From an uncultured Oscillospiraceae bacterium (GTDB lineage Bacteria > Bacillota > Clostridia > Oscillospirales > QAMX01), in the NCBI GenBank assembly GCA_964439435.1, contig CAYTOF010000002.1:4033-68032 (forward strand): a DNA stretch of 64,000 bases, read 5' to 3'. Positions 40,432 through 50,086 of the stretch are shown piece after piece. The translations under genes were made by a program, and so were the position numbers. How positions within the stretch are numbered: position 1 is the stretch's first letter; every line of letters starts with the position of its first letter. The notes under the pieces are model-generated. The model was not told the DNA's origin. It was given only the letters and a program-made list of their open reading frames with translations, and ran no database searches.

Positions 40432-41115
40432 CTATATCTTGTAATAATATCCAACGCCCCACTTAGTAAGAATATGTACAGGTTCTGCGGGATTGCTTTC
40501 TAATTTTTCACGAAGCCTTCTTATGTGTACGTCAACAGTCCTGATGTCACCGGGATAATAGTAACCCCATACCGTATTTAACAAAGACTCGCGGCTGAAG
40601 ACGCAGTTGGCAGAGCGCATAAGCAACTCAAGCAGATCGAATTCTTTGGGGGTTAAGTCAACCGCTTTGTCATTTGCATAAGCGAGTCTCTCGTTCAAAT
40701 CAAGAGATATGGCACCACCTTCAAGCTTGGATGTGTCCTCAGCTTTGGATGTTTTTGCAGCAGAGCGCCTCAAAATAGCTCTGATACGAGCTTTGAGCTC
40801 AAGCACATTGAAAGGCTTGGAAAGATAATCATCAGCACCGTGTTCAAAACCAAGGAGCTTATCAGTATCTTCACCTTTCGCGGTGAGCATGATTACGGGA
40901 ACTTTTGAAAACTCGCGAATACGCCTGCAAACCTCCAAGCCGTTAATTTTAGGCAGCATAAGGTCCAATATTATAAGATCATATTCTACCTCACTTGCCA
41001 AAGCCAGGGCCTCTTCGCCATTGAATACGGCATCTACATCGTATCCCTCGTTTTCAAGGTTAAACTTCAGTCCTTTGACGAGAAGTTTTTCGTCATCGAC
41101 AATTAAAATACGCAT
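40432..41115 (-). CDS. OmpR-family response regulator (WalR/YycF-like)
   Basis: 227 aa. REC domain with DD..D..K residues (LIILDLMLP, LTAKG). The FNLENEGYDV stretch resembles WalR, and the winged-helix C-terminus reads TVWGY...RTVDVHIRRLREKL. Confidence 0.88.
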   Translation of the reverse strand: MRILIVDDEKLLVKGLKFNLENEGYDVDAVFNGEEALALASEVEYDLIILDLMLPKINGLEVCRRIREFSKVPVIMLTAKGEDTDKLLGFEHGADDYLSKPFNVLELKARIRAILRRSAAKTSKAEDTSKLEGGAISLDLNERLAYANDKAVDLTPKEFDLLELLMRSANCVFSRESLLNTVWGYYYPGDIRTVDVHIRRLREKLESNPAEPVHILTKWGVGYYYKI

Positions 41116-41120
41116 GTCAT

Positions 41121-41477
41121 TTACTCCTTTTTGTTAATAATTAAATATGGTTCAACTGACAAAAACTGTCCTAATCCGATTCCCTGAATAAGGGATACTT
41201 GCTCAATTGATTCAAAAGAACCAAGTTCGCTTCGCAGAGTAAACACTAAGTTGATGTCTATTAGCTTGCCTAAAATTGATTCCAATTCTTCAGAAGATGC
41301 GGAGTTTAGATCGAATATTGCCAGGTGCGATCCGGCTTGTGGTCTGTAGGGTGAAAAATTTTGGTCATTTATAGATTGGTATGCACCAATCATATGCAGT
41401 GAACTATGGGCATATGCGAGAGAACCAAGAAAAAGAATTGAGACTATGATAATTGCCATTGAAAAAGATAAACGCAT
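41121..41477 (-). CDS. secreted helix-hairpin-helix (ComEA-like) small protein
   Basis: 118 aa with a signal peptide (MRLSFSMAIIIVSILFLGSLAYA). The C-terminal DLNSASSEELESI...LIQGIGLGQF pattern resembles the ComEA HhH DNA-binding module. Only 5 nt upstream of the response regulator. Confidence 0.5.
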   Translation of the reverse strand: MRLSFSMAIIIVSILFLGSLAYAHSSLHMIGAYQSINDQNFSPYRPQAGSHLAIFDLNSASSEELESILGKLIDINLVFTLRSELGSFESIEQVSLIQGIGLGQFLSVEPYLIINKKE

Positions 41478-41545
41478 ACTATACCTTTATGACTGTGCAA
41501 CAAAATGAGGATAAAAACGGAAAGAAGAGATTTTACAAATGAGCG

Positions 41546-41575
41546 TTGAAAACAGATGTCAATTTATGATAGAAT
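41546..41575 (+). promoter_or_regulatory. candidate promoter for the carboxypeptidase operon
   Basis: TTGAAA (41546-41551), 18 nt, TAGAAT (41570-41575), with an extended TG (TGaTAGAAT). Confidence 0.45.
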
Positions 41576-41652
41576 CTTTAATGGGTCTCTAAGTTGTTAC
41601 AGAGCATGAACCAAATGACTATATTATTATAGCACATTTTCAGAGGTTATGT

Positions 41653-42969
41653 ATGAAAATAATGAAAAAGTTTTTCCTGATATTTATATTTCCTTTTGTA
41701 TTGATATATAGCGTCAGCATTCCGAGTCGGGCAGATGAAATAACTGTTGCTGCCCGTGGTGTAATTCTTGTTGAAGCAAACACCGGAGAGGTCATTTTTG
41801 AACAAGATGCCGACAATCGAATGTTTCCTGCATCATTAACAAAGCTAATGACAGCATTGATAGTTGCCGAAAAATGTGAGCTTGATGAATTAGTAACTGC
41901 CAACCCCACGGCACTTAAAAATCTTAATCCAGCGGGAAGTTCTGCTAACATAAAAGAAGGGGAAATTTTAACTGTTGAGCAATTGTTGTATTGTGCACTG
42001 GTCTCTTCCGGAAACGATGCTGCGAATGTCTTGGCAATGCATGTTTCAAATTCGATTGAGGGCTTTGTGCAACTGATGAACAATAAAGCGTTTGAATTGG
42101 GATGTCTTGGTACAAACTTTGTCAATCCCCATGGCTTACATGATGTAAGTCATTATACTACAGCCCGAGACATGTATATTATTACAAGAGAGTTTATGAA
42201 ACATTCATTTCTCATGAAGATTGCCAATACTGTTTCACATATTATACCTGCCACCAACAAAACTCCGGTGCAACGAATTCTGAATACAACAAACTATTTA
42301 ATCTCAGGCATACAAACAAATAAATACATATACAGTTATGCCAGGGGGATTAAAACCGGAACAACGACACCGGCCGGTTACTGTCTGGTATCCACTGCTG
42401 AAAAAGGCGGACTTTTCCTTGTCTGCGTGATTATGGGCTCGTATAAAGACAGTGTCTCGGGAGACATAATGAGTTTTGTGGAAAGCAAAAGATTATATGA
42501 AAATGCATTTAATAATTTTGCCTACAAAAAACTCATTGAGACCGGAACCCCAATTGTAGAAGTTGAAGTTACAATGTCTCAAGAAGCAGAAACTGTTATC
42601 GCAATAACACAGAGCTCGGTTGAATATTTACTTGGCAGTGATTTTGACAAAAATGCTGTTGTCATCACACCGTATCTTTATTCTGATTCTGTCGAGGCGC
42701 CTATTATCAAAGGACAGGTTCTTGGGGAAGCAGATGTATCATATAATGGCAGAAGTTACGGGCGCATTAAACTTATCGCGCTTACAAGTGTTGAAAGATC
42801 TAATTTTATGCATATCATGGAAAAAATCAGGGCACATCTAGATAGACCGATTATATTCATTGTTGCATTTGGAGTTGTAGCAATAGTACTGTTCTATATC
42901 TTTATTTCAGTTTTGGTCAACAGAAAAAAAAGATTGAGAATGATAAAAAGAAAAGGGAGATACCTTTAA
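41653..42969 (+). CDS. D-alanyl-D-alanine carboxypeptidase (class C low-MW PBP, PBP5/DacB-like)
   Basis: Signal peptide, SLTKLMT (SxxK), SGND (SxN) and KTGTT (KTG) motifs, and a C-terminal membrane anchor. Confidence 0.88.
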   Translation: MKIMKKFFLIFIFPFVLIYSVSIPSRADEITVAARGVILVEANTGEVIFEQDADNRMFPASLTKLMTALIVAEKCELDELVTANPTALKNLNPAGSSANIKEGEILTVEQLLYCALVSSGNDAANVLAMHVSNSIEGFVQLMNNKAFELGCLGTNFVNPHGLHDVSHYTTARDMYIITREFMKHSFLMKIANTVSHIIPATNKTPVQRILNTTNYLISGIQTNKYIYSYARGIKTGTTTPAGYCLVSTAEKGGLFLVCVIMGSYKDSVSGDIMSFVESKRLYENAFNNFAYKKLIETGTPIVEVEVTMSQEAETVIAITQSSVEYLLGSDFDKNAVVITPYLYSDSVEAPIIKGQVLGEADVSYNGRSYGRIKLIALTSVERSNFMHIMEKIRAHLDRPIIFIVAFGVVAIVLFYIFISVLVNRKKRLRMIKRKGRYL

Positions 42970-43044
42970 TACATCATGATTAAACAACAGTTTTCATCCA
43001 CTGTTTTATGAAGCGTGTACTTGTGGTATATGGATTGTATTTAA

Positions 43045-44958
43045 ATGATTGACATTTCGGTAAATAATCTTAAAAAGAGTTTTGGAGACTTTTGTATATT
43101 TGAAGATATAAACTTTGAAATATATGAAGGTCAAAAAGTGTCTATAATTGGTGAGAACGGTGTCGGCAAAACCACGCTGTTACGTATACTTGCCGGCATT
43201 GAATCATTTGATGATGGTAACCTTACATTGAGCAAGTTTAAAACCTTGGCAATGTTAGATCAAATTCCTTCTTATCCGAATCGCATGACTGTAAAAGAAG
43301 TTATGGAAACAGCCTTTGAAGAAGTCCATCTGCTCAAGAAAAGACTACAAGAAATCGAACAAAAAATGGAATTTCATCATGATGATTTGCTGTTAAAGTC
43401 ATATGCAGTTTATTCTGAAGATTTTGAGAGGTTGGGAGGATATGAGACTGAGTTTAAACTGGCCAAAATTTCTAATGGTCTCGGCATACACGCAACTTTC
43501 TATGATCGACTGTATTCTGAGTTATCGGGCGGGGAAATGACAAAAGTAAATCTTGCTCGGATTCTGTTGTCAGATGCTGATATTTTATTGTTGGATGAGC
43601 CGACAAATCATCTTGATATTGCCGCGCTTGAATGGTTAGAAGAATTTATCCATTCTTTTAAAGGCACAATTGTGACGATATCCCATGACAGATATTTTCT
43701 GGATCGAATAACGACACGAACAATCGAATTATCCGAAAATTCTGCGAGGGTATGGGAAGGAAATTATAGTTATTATCTGTATCACAAAGAAGAAGAAAAC
43801 ATCAGAATTGAACAACAATATAATAGAGGAATAAAAGAGATAAAAAGACTTGAATATACATCCAGACGCATGCACGGATGGGGAATGGGTAACAGTAGAC
43901 TCATGAGACGTGCTTTTGCTTTGGATAAACGAATCGAAAGATTGAAGTCTGACCTTCCCGCTCAAAGCAAAAACAGAGCAAAACTAAAGGCCGGTTTGAT
44001 TGAGGCAGATCGAACCGGGAATGACGTTTTGAAAATTGAGCACTTATCAAAGAGCTATGACAGCACTGAAGTGTTAAAGGATTTAGATGCCGAAGTAAAA
44101 AGAGGGGAGACCATTGCTATTATTGGTAACAATGGAACAGGAAAAACGACCCTGTTAAAAATACTGATGGGCGAAGAAAATCCAACCGAGGGCAAGATAA
44201 AATGGGGGAGCTCTATTGAATTGGCATATTTACCACAAAAAATTAAATTTGATGATGAAAACAAAACAATTTTGGAAACAACTATGAGTGAGTTGGGTTT
44301 GACTGAGCCATCTGCTCGAAACAGACTTGGTGTCTATTTGTTCAGAGGAGATGATGTGTTTAAGACAATAAATGTTCTTTCGGGCGGCGAAAAGAGCAGA
44401 TTGTGTCTGTGTTTATTACTTTACAAAGAAATCAACACCATTTTGTTGGATGAGCCAACTAATCATCTTGATGTGTATTCGCGAGAATGGCTTGAAGATA
44501 CACTGGGAGAGTTCGAAGGAACAATGATATTTGTCTCACATGATAGATATTTTGTTTCAAAATTTGCCGATAGAATATGGGAAATAGACAACAGCAATTT
44601 AATGGATTTTCGAGGAAATTACAAGGAATTTAGAGAATATAAAGAAAGATTAAGAGCAACTCAAGTTGAAGACATAAAGGCAATAGATATTGGTACCAAG
44701 AGGATACAAATAAAAGATGAGGAGAAAAATGAAAAGATACTGCGCCAAGAAATAAGCGAGCTTGAGGTTCTAATAAATAAAGCTGAAGGCGAAATAGCCC
44801 TTCTTTCAGAAAATATGATGAAGCATGGAAACGATTATGAATTGCTCAGTGAATTGAATGAAAAATACGAAGTGTTTCTTGATGAAATAAACAATTTATA
44901 TGCAAAACTTGAATCAGTGAGCAATGAGCTGGATGAATTATCAGAGGTAACGCCATGA
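43045..44958 (+). CDS. ABC-F family ATPase (two NBDs, no TMD, C-terminal coiled coil)
   Basis: Two Walker A sites (GENGVGKTT, GNNGTGKTT), two LSGGE signatures, an inter-NBD linker and an acidic coiled-coil tail. Confidence 0.88.
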   Translation: MIDISVNNLKKSFGDFCIFEDINFEIYEGQKVSIIGENGVGKTTLLRILAGIESFDDGNLTLSKFKTLAMLDQIPSYPNRMTVKEVMETAFEEVHLLKKRLQEIEQKMEFHHDDLLLKSYAVYSEDFERLGGYETEFKLAKISNGLGIHATFYDRLYSELSGGEMTKVNLARILLSDADILLLDEPTNHLDIAALEWLEEFIHSFKGTIVTISHDRYFLDRITTRTIELSENSARVWEGNYSYYLYHKEEENIRIEQQYNRGIKEIKRLEYTSRRMHGWGMGNSRLMRRAFALDKRIERLKSDLPAQSKNRAKLKAGLIEADRTGNDVLKIEHLSKSYDSTEVLKDLDAEVKRGETIAIIGNNGTGKTTLLKILMGEENPTEGKIKWGSSIELAYLPQKIKFDDENKTILETTMSELGLTEPSARNRLGVYLFRGDDVFKTINVLSGGEKSRLCLCLLLYKEINTILLDEPTNHLDVYSREWLEDTLGEFEGTMIFVSHDRYFVSKFADRIWEIDNSNLMDFRGNYKEFREYKERLRATQVEDIKAIDIGTKRIQIKDEEKNEKILRQEISELEVLINKAEGEIALLSENMMKHGNDYELLSELNEKYEVFLDEINNLYAKLESVSNELDELSEVTP

Positions 44959-45782
44959 AGACAGCAAGAAAAGATGCGACGGTACATGGGAAAGTAAAGA
45001 GCAATTCTCTCAATTGGATATTAATTCTTATAAGTATACTTGGAATTGTCTACTTTGTTGTTCTTGATAAGAGCACGCGATTATATACTTTCTTTTCGTT
45101 TTTTATGAAGTTATTTTTGATGTCTTTTGTGATATATAATTTATTTATTATAGGAATAAAAACCATTAAAAATAGCAAACAGAAGTCAAAAGCTAAGAAC
45201 ATATTCAAAAGGTTACTCATAGTGCTAAGCACCACTATGAGCATTGGCTATGCAACTTTCCTCCTGTCCTTTATTGTATTCCTAACTTTAAACATCCACT
45301 CTGCCAAGACAGATGCATCTGAAAAAATAGATTATATAATTGTTCTTGGGGCAGGATTAAATGGCGAGATACCATCCCCTATTTTACGAGACAGGCTTGA
45401 TAAAACAATCGAAGTTGCTAAACTGATTCCAGACATATATATTATTGTATGTGGTGGGAAAAGCCCCGGGGAAGACATCGAAGAGGCAATAGCTATGAAA
45501 CAATACTTGTGTAATCGAGGTGTGAAACCAGGCAGAATAATAACAGAAGAAGAGTCTCGTAACACTGATGAGAACATCAGCAATGCAGCGAAAATTATCG
45601 AGCAGCAAAACGGCGGCCGCGAAGTGTTGATAGTCACATCTTCTTTTCATATGATGAGAAGCAAATTAATCGCAAAAAGGTATCAGTTGAATTCTCATTC
45701 AGCTGCTGTCACATCCAAACCGTCAAGCTATCATTATTATTTACGTGAGTATTTCGCAGTGGTCTATTATTATGTGTTTTAG
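44955..45782 (+). CDS. YdcF/SanA-type DUF218 membrane protein
   Basis: N-terminal TM helices followed by the DUF218 core (YIIVLGAGLNG, GGKSPGEDIEEAIAMKQYL, LIVTSSFHMMRS). Its ATG overlaps the ABC-F stop (ATGA). Confidence 0.75.
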   Translation: MKTARKDATVHGKVKSNSLNWILILISILGIVYFVVLDKSTRLYTFFSFFMKLFLMSFVIYNLFIIGIKTIKNSKQKSKAKNIFKRLLIVLSTTMSIGYATFLLSFIVFLTLNIHSAKTDASEKIDYIIVLGAGLNGEIPSPILRDRLDKTIEVAKLIPDIYIIVCGGKSPGEDIEEAIAMKQYLCNRGVKPGRIITEEESRNTDENISNAAKIIEQQNGGREVLIVTSSFHMMRSKLIAKRYQLNSHSAAVTSKPSSYHYYLREYFAVVYYYVF

Positions 45783-45802
45783 AGATAAAAAAGTACATAA
45801 AA

Positions 45803-45831
45803 ACACATCTGATATACGCCATCAGATGTGT
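45803..45831. terminator. bidirectional terminator between convergent genes
   Basis: ACACATCTGAT / ATCAGATGTGT form an 11-bp stem. A TTTTTA tail is present on the minus strand and CTTATTG on the plus strand. Confidence 0.55.
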
Positions 45832-45859
45832 CTTATTGTATTAACGATGTTTTGTGGAG

Positions 45860-47079
45860 TTATTTATCCCAAATTTCAGATAGGGAGTATTTCCAGCAGT
45901 CCTCTTCCGGTCTGACAAGGTAGAGACCGTTGGTAAAGTCCGGGAAAGCTTGAGGAGCTCCACCCAGAGCAATGGAGTTTTCGCTGAGAGGGGTAATCGC
46001 AGCCCAAGTTGCAAAGTCATACACATCAATGGGTGTTTCTATTCCTGCCAAAACACTTTCAACAAAGGCCCGCAATACGAGATAGTCCATACCGCCGTGA
46101 CCGCCTTTTATTCCCTCGTCAAGAAACCATTTCCAAAGAGGATGTTCATATTTTTCGAGATAGGGCTTGAAGTCTTCCCATTTGTGTTCCGGGCTGATGC
46201 CGTCCAGATAGATCTTGTAGTTTTCCTCCATCCAAAGCCCCTTGGTGCCTTGGACATATCCGCCGCGGGAGTAGGGTCTTGGCAGTGTGGTGTCGTGAGA
46301 TATCACGAGTGTTTCGCCGTGTGCACATTTGATAATGGTGGTAACCACATCACCTTGTTTAAAATCAAATCCATCATGTTCGGATCCGGGCATATTCTCG
46401 GAAATCCAATTGCCGAGGCCCCGAGATTTTGAAGCCACGGAAACGAGGCTAGTAAAGCGATTGCCTCTGTTGATGTTTAAAATTTTTGCCATGGGCCCGG
46501 CACCGTGGGTGGGGTAGACATCCCCGTTCCTGTGCATATAGTTGTCAAGACGATAGTGATGATTGATGTGACCCATTGCTACCTCAGGACGTAAGTCATG
46601 CTGGTATCCGCACCGACAATGTATGATTTCGCCAAACACATTGTTTTTAACCATATTTAGTAAAGCTAGTTCTTCACGCCCGTAATTGGCATTTTCCAGC
46701 ATCATGCACGACTTATTAGCTTTCTTGGAGGCGCGTATAAGCTCCCAGCACTCTTCAACGGACGATGCTCCACCAACTTCACTTGCAACGAACAAACCGG
46801 CATTCAGAGCGTCTATGGCAATGGAAAATGTGTTTGCCAAGATGTGGTTATAAGAACCGCGTCCAAGCCATTGAGAGAGAGCAAATCGCGATAATCAAGT
46901 GTTGAGACGGGAGCAATGCCGTATTTATCTTTTACGGCATTGAAACCAAGGTCGGCCCTTTCTTGTATCACATCGCAGACACCGATGACTCGTACGTCCT
47001 CCATTTGAAGCAAATTATCAAGCATTCCACGTCCACGTCCACCAAGCCCTATTACAGCCATTGACAATGTTGTTTTCAT
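45860..47079 (-). pseudogene. Gfo/Idh/MocA-family oxidoreductase, GH109-like, interrupted by a 1-nt frameshift
   Basis: The N-terminal 88-aa ORF (46813-47079: MAVIGLGGRGRG Rossmann motif ... DAVLITTSWQTHFPLP*) and the 326-aa ORF (45860-46840: ..FSIAIDALNAGLFVASEV ... GGHGGMDYLVLRAF) are consecutive parts of one protein in different frames. The switch maps to the AAAA run at 46825-46828. Confidence 0.75.
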
Positions 47080-47111
47080 AAATCCTCCTTTGGCATCCCT
47101 ATCAAAATCAA

Positions 47112-48344
47112 TTACAACACAAGTGCACCGTAAGAAACGGCGGCTTGAGCAACAAATTCAGCTGTTAAATTTGAAGGAAATAGATATGCTCGTCCATTAT
47201 AAACTCTCAGCACTAATTCAGCAAGAGCATCACTGTCACAATCGAAAGCGACAGGGCAGGGAGCAAAAACGATTCCTTCTTCGAAGGCATCAATGTCAAA
47301 ACCGGAACCTACTGTAATAATTAACATGTCATCTGAACCGGCTTCGAATATATTGCTTGCAAATTCCGTATCTGCACTTATTTTTATCGAAGGTTCAAAT
47401 GAGATACGATCTGAAAAAATCTTACGTTCGTTTACAGCAAAATCCTTGGTATTTTTGGGAAAGTCGTTATTTGACAGAATTGTATTTTGGGAAACAACAG
47501 ACAACGCCCGAATATGAGCCGGCGTTGTGCCGCAACATCCTCCAAGCAATCTAGCTCCGGAATCTATCATATCAGGAAAAATGGAGACAAATTTATCAGG
47601 AGACATATCATAAATGGTGTTTCCTGCACCATCTTCCCGTGGCAATCCCGCATTTGGCTTGACGAGCAATGGGATATCGGCATAAGCCTCCATTCTTTTC
47701 AACAAAATAAGCGCATCCTTTGGCCCGGAAGAACAATTGAGTCCAAAAGCAGAAGCGCCCATTGATTGTATAATTGAAAGACAAACCTCCGGCAAGGAGC
47801 CACTTAATGTACGGCTGTTGCTTTCAAAGGTCATAGAACAGAGAAAAGGCTTATCCGAGATGGATTTTACAGCTAAGAGCGCAGCTCTTGCTTCGGTGAG
47901 ATTTGTCAATGTTTCCGCAACAAAAAAATCTACACCTGCTGCTTCCAGCACTAATGCTTGCTCAAGATAAACATCAAAATAGTCACTAAAGCTGAACTGT
48001 CCGTAGGGTTTTGGAAAAACACCCAGTGAAGACAAATTGCCACCAACGAAAGCGCTTCCACCTACAGCATTTTGTGAAGCGACTACCATTTGGGTGTTAA
48101 GTTTTTCAAGCTCACTTTCCAAATTATATTTCGCAAGTTTGATTCGATTAGCACCAAATGTCGGGGCATAAACCATTTCGCTTCCAGCAGCGACATATGC
48201 ACGTTGCAAATCAATGAGCAAGCTAGTATTTTCTGAGATCCACTTCTCTGTGCAGACACCGGAAGGCATCCCTGACTGTTGAAGATATGTACCGGTAGAT
48301 CCATCCAATATGATGTTACGGTCAAAACTGATAGTAAGTTTCAT
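47112..48344 (-). CDS. homocysteine S-methyltransferase family protein with uncharacterised C-terminal extension
   Basis: ILDGSTGTYLQ N-terminus and zinc-ligand cysteines in FGLNCSSGP and LGGCCGTTPAHI. The C-terminal 110 aa or so are unassigned. The ATG at 48344 (after AGGTGA) is preferred to the track start at 48395. Confidence 0.75.
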   Translation of the reverse strand: MKLTISFDRNIILDGSTGTYLQQSGMPSGVCTEKWISENTSLLIDLQRAYVAAGSEMVYAPTFGANRIKLAKYNLESELEKLNTQMVVASQNAVGGSAFVGGNLSSLGVFPKPYGQFSFSDYFDVYLEQALVLEAAGVDFFVAETLTNLTEARAALLAVKSISDKPFLCSMTFESNSRTLSGSLPEVCLSIIQSMGASAFGLNCSSGPKDALILLKRMEAYADIPLLVKPNAGLPREDGAGNTIYDMSPDKFVSIFPDMIDSGARLLGGCCGTTPAHIRALSVVSQNTILSNNDFPKNTKDFAVNERKIFSDRISFEPSIKISADTEFASNIFEAGSDDMLIITVGSGFDIDAFEEGIVFAPCPVAFDCDSDALAELVLRVYNGRAYLFPSNLTAEFVAQAAVSYGALVL

Positions 48345-48391
48345 GGTTTCACCTGGATTAGTTAATCTGAAAATCGAGCTTTCACAAGCAA

Positions 48392-50086
48392 TCACATTTG
48401 TTCAGGTGCGGAAATCTTAAGCATTGTCAATACATTTGATAATACAGAGCGGGTTATTTCACATAAAAGCAGACGAGAACGAGCAAAATCAATTTCTGAA
48501 TCCTTTATTCTGACTTCTGTATAAAACACGTGGAAAGCTGTCGCCAAATCGATCAGATAGCGCGTAAGCCTAAATGGTTCAAGGTCTCGAGCAGCCAATT
48601 TTATCTCTTCGGGCAGTTGCGCGATTGTTTTTATAAGAATGCGTTCAGAAGGCTCACTTAATCTGTCAATGTCTAAGTGGTGAATGTCATATGCTGTTAA
48701 GCCGTCATGCTCCAAGTTTTTCAATAGAGAACAAATGCGAGCGTGCGCGTATTGAACATAATAAACAGGGTTATCGCTGTCCCGCCTAATAGCAAGGTCA
48801 AGGTCAAAGTCGAGGTGTGTGTCGCTTGAACGGGAATTGAAAAAGAATCGCGCGGCATCTACACTAATTTCATCGAGTAAGCCGGAAAGTGAAATAGCTT
48901 TCCCGGTTCTCTTTGACATGCGAACGACTTCTCCACCGGATATGAGCCTAACAAGCTGGTATAAAACAAAAGACAATCTTTCAGCTTCTATTCCCAAGGC
49001 GGCAACACCTGCTTTAAAGCGCAAAGCGTGGCCGTGATGATCTGCTCCCAATATATCTATGGCTGTATCAAAGCCGCGCTCGAATTTATTGCGATGATAT
49101 GCAATATCCACGGCGTAATAGGTTGGGTAACCATTGGATTTGGTTATGACTTCATCTTTTTCCATTCCATAATATTTGCCTTTGAACCAGAGCGCGTTGT
49201 CATTGTTGTAGAGTACTCCAAGACTATCAAGCAGTTTGATTGTATCCTCCACATAACCGGACTGATGCAAGCTTGATTCAAAAAACCAATTGTCATAGAT
49301 TACTTTGTAGCGAGCCATATCCCGTTGCATCGAATCAATATTTTTCTTCAATGCAAAATCACGCATAAACGAACGACGTTCCGCAGGTTCTTTCGATATC
49401 AAAGAATCTCCGTATTGATTTAAAAGCTCGCCTGCTATTTGTTTTATGTCCTCTCCTTTGTATCCGTTTTCAGGAAAATCTATATTGTCTTCTCCGAAAA
49501 TGAGTTCAAGATAACGCGCTTCGACTGAAAGCCCTAAGAGTTCAACTTGATTACCTGCATCGTTGACATAAAATTCACGCCAAACCTTATATCCTACTCG
49601 TTCTAAAATGGAAGCCAGAGAATCGCCCAAAACACCGCCACGTGCATTTCCCACATGCATCGGACCGGTTGGGTTGGCTGAGACATATTCTATAATGACA
49701 CGCTTTCCTTCACCAATGTTATCATAGCCATATTTTTGTCCCATTTCACTCGCAGAGGACAAAACTGACTTATACCAAAGAGGCGAATAAAAAGCATTGA
49801 TAAATCCCGGTCCAGCAGCCTGAACATCTTCAAACAGTTTATGTGGCTTTACAAATTTGATTAGGGTGTCTGCTAAGGCTTTGGGGTTTTTTCGGAGTAA
49901 CTTAGAAGCGACAAGAGCAAAATTTGAAGAGATATCTCCATTTTTAGAGTCTTTGGGAATTTCTGACGAAGGAGGTGAGAGCTCTACTGATTGTAGTTCC
50001 CCTGCTTCAACAGCCAGCTTATATGCAGCAGCAACTACTTTTGAGAACTCCTCTTTCGCATGATGTACAAAATTGTAGGCGGACAT
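48392..50086 (-). CDS. argS: arginine--tRNA ligase
   Basis: About 564 aa. HVGNARG (HIGH variant), a MSKRTGK (KMSKS-like) loop and a C-terminal DALR anticodon-binding region. The ATG at 50086, preceded by AAAGGAG, is preferred to the longer track ORF. Confidence 0.93.
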   Translation of the reverse strand: MSAYNFVHHAKEEFSKVVAAAYKLAVEAGELQSVELSPPSSEIPKDSKNGDISSNFALVASKLLRKNPKALADTLIKFVKPHKLFEDVQAAGPGFINAFYSPLWYKSVLSSASEMGQKYGYDNIGEGKRVIIEYVSANPTGPMHVGNARGGVLGDSLASILERVGYKVWREFYVNDAGNQVELLGLSVEARYLELIFGEDNIDFPENGYKGEDIKQIAGELLNQYGDSLISKEPAERRSFMRDFALKKNIDSMQRDMARYKVIYDNWFFESSLHQSGYVEDTIKLLDSLGVLYNNDNALWFKGKYYGMEKDEVITKSNGYPTYYAVDIAYHRNKFERGFDTAIDILGADHHGHALRFKAGVAALGIEAERLSFVLYQLVRLISGGEVVRMSKRTGKAISLSGLLDEISVDAARFFFNSRSSDTHLDFDLDLAIRRDSDNPVYYVQYAHARICSLLKNLEHDGLTAYDIHHLDIDRLSEPSERILIKTIAQLPEEIKLAARDLEPFRLTRYLIDLATAFHVFYTEVRIKDSEIDFARSRLLLCEITRSVLSNVLTMLKISAPEQM

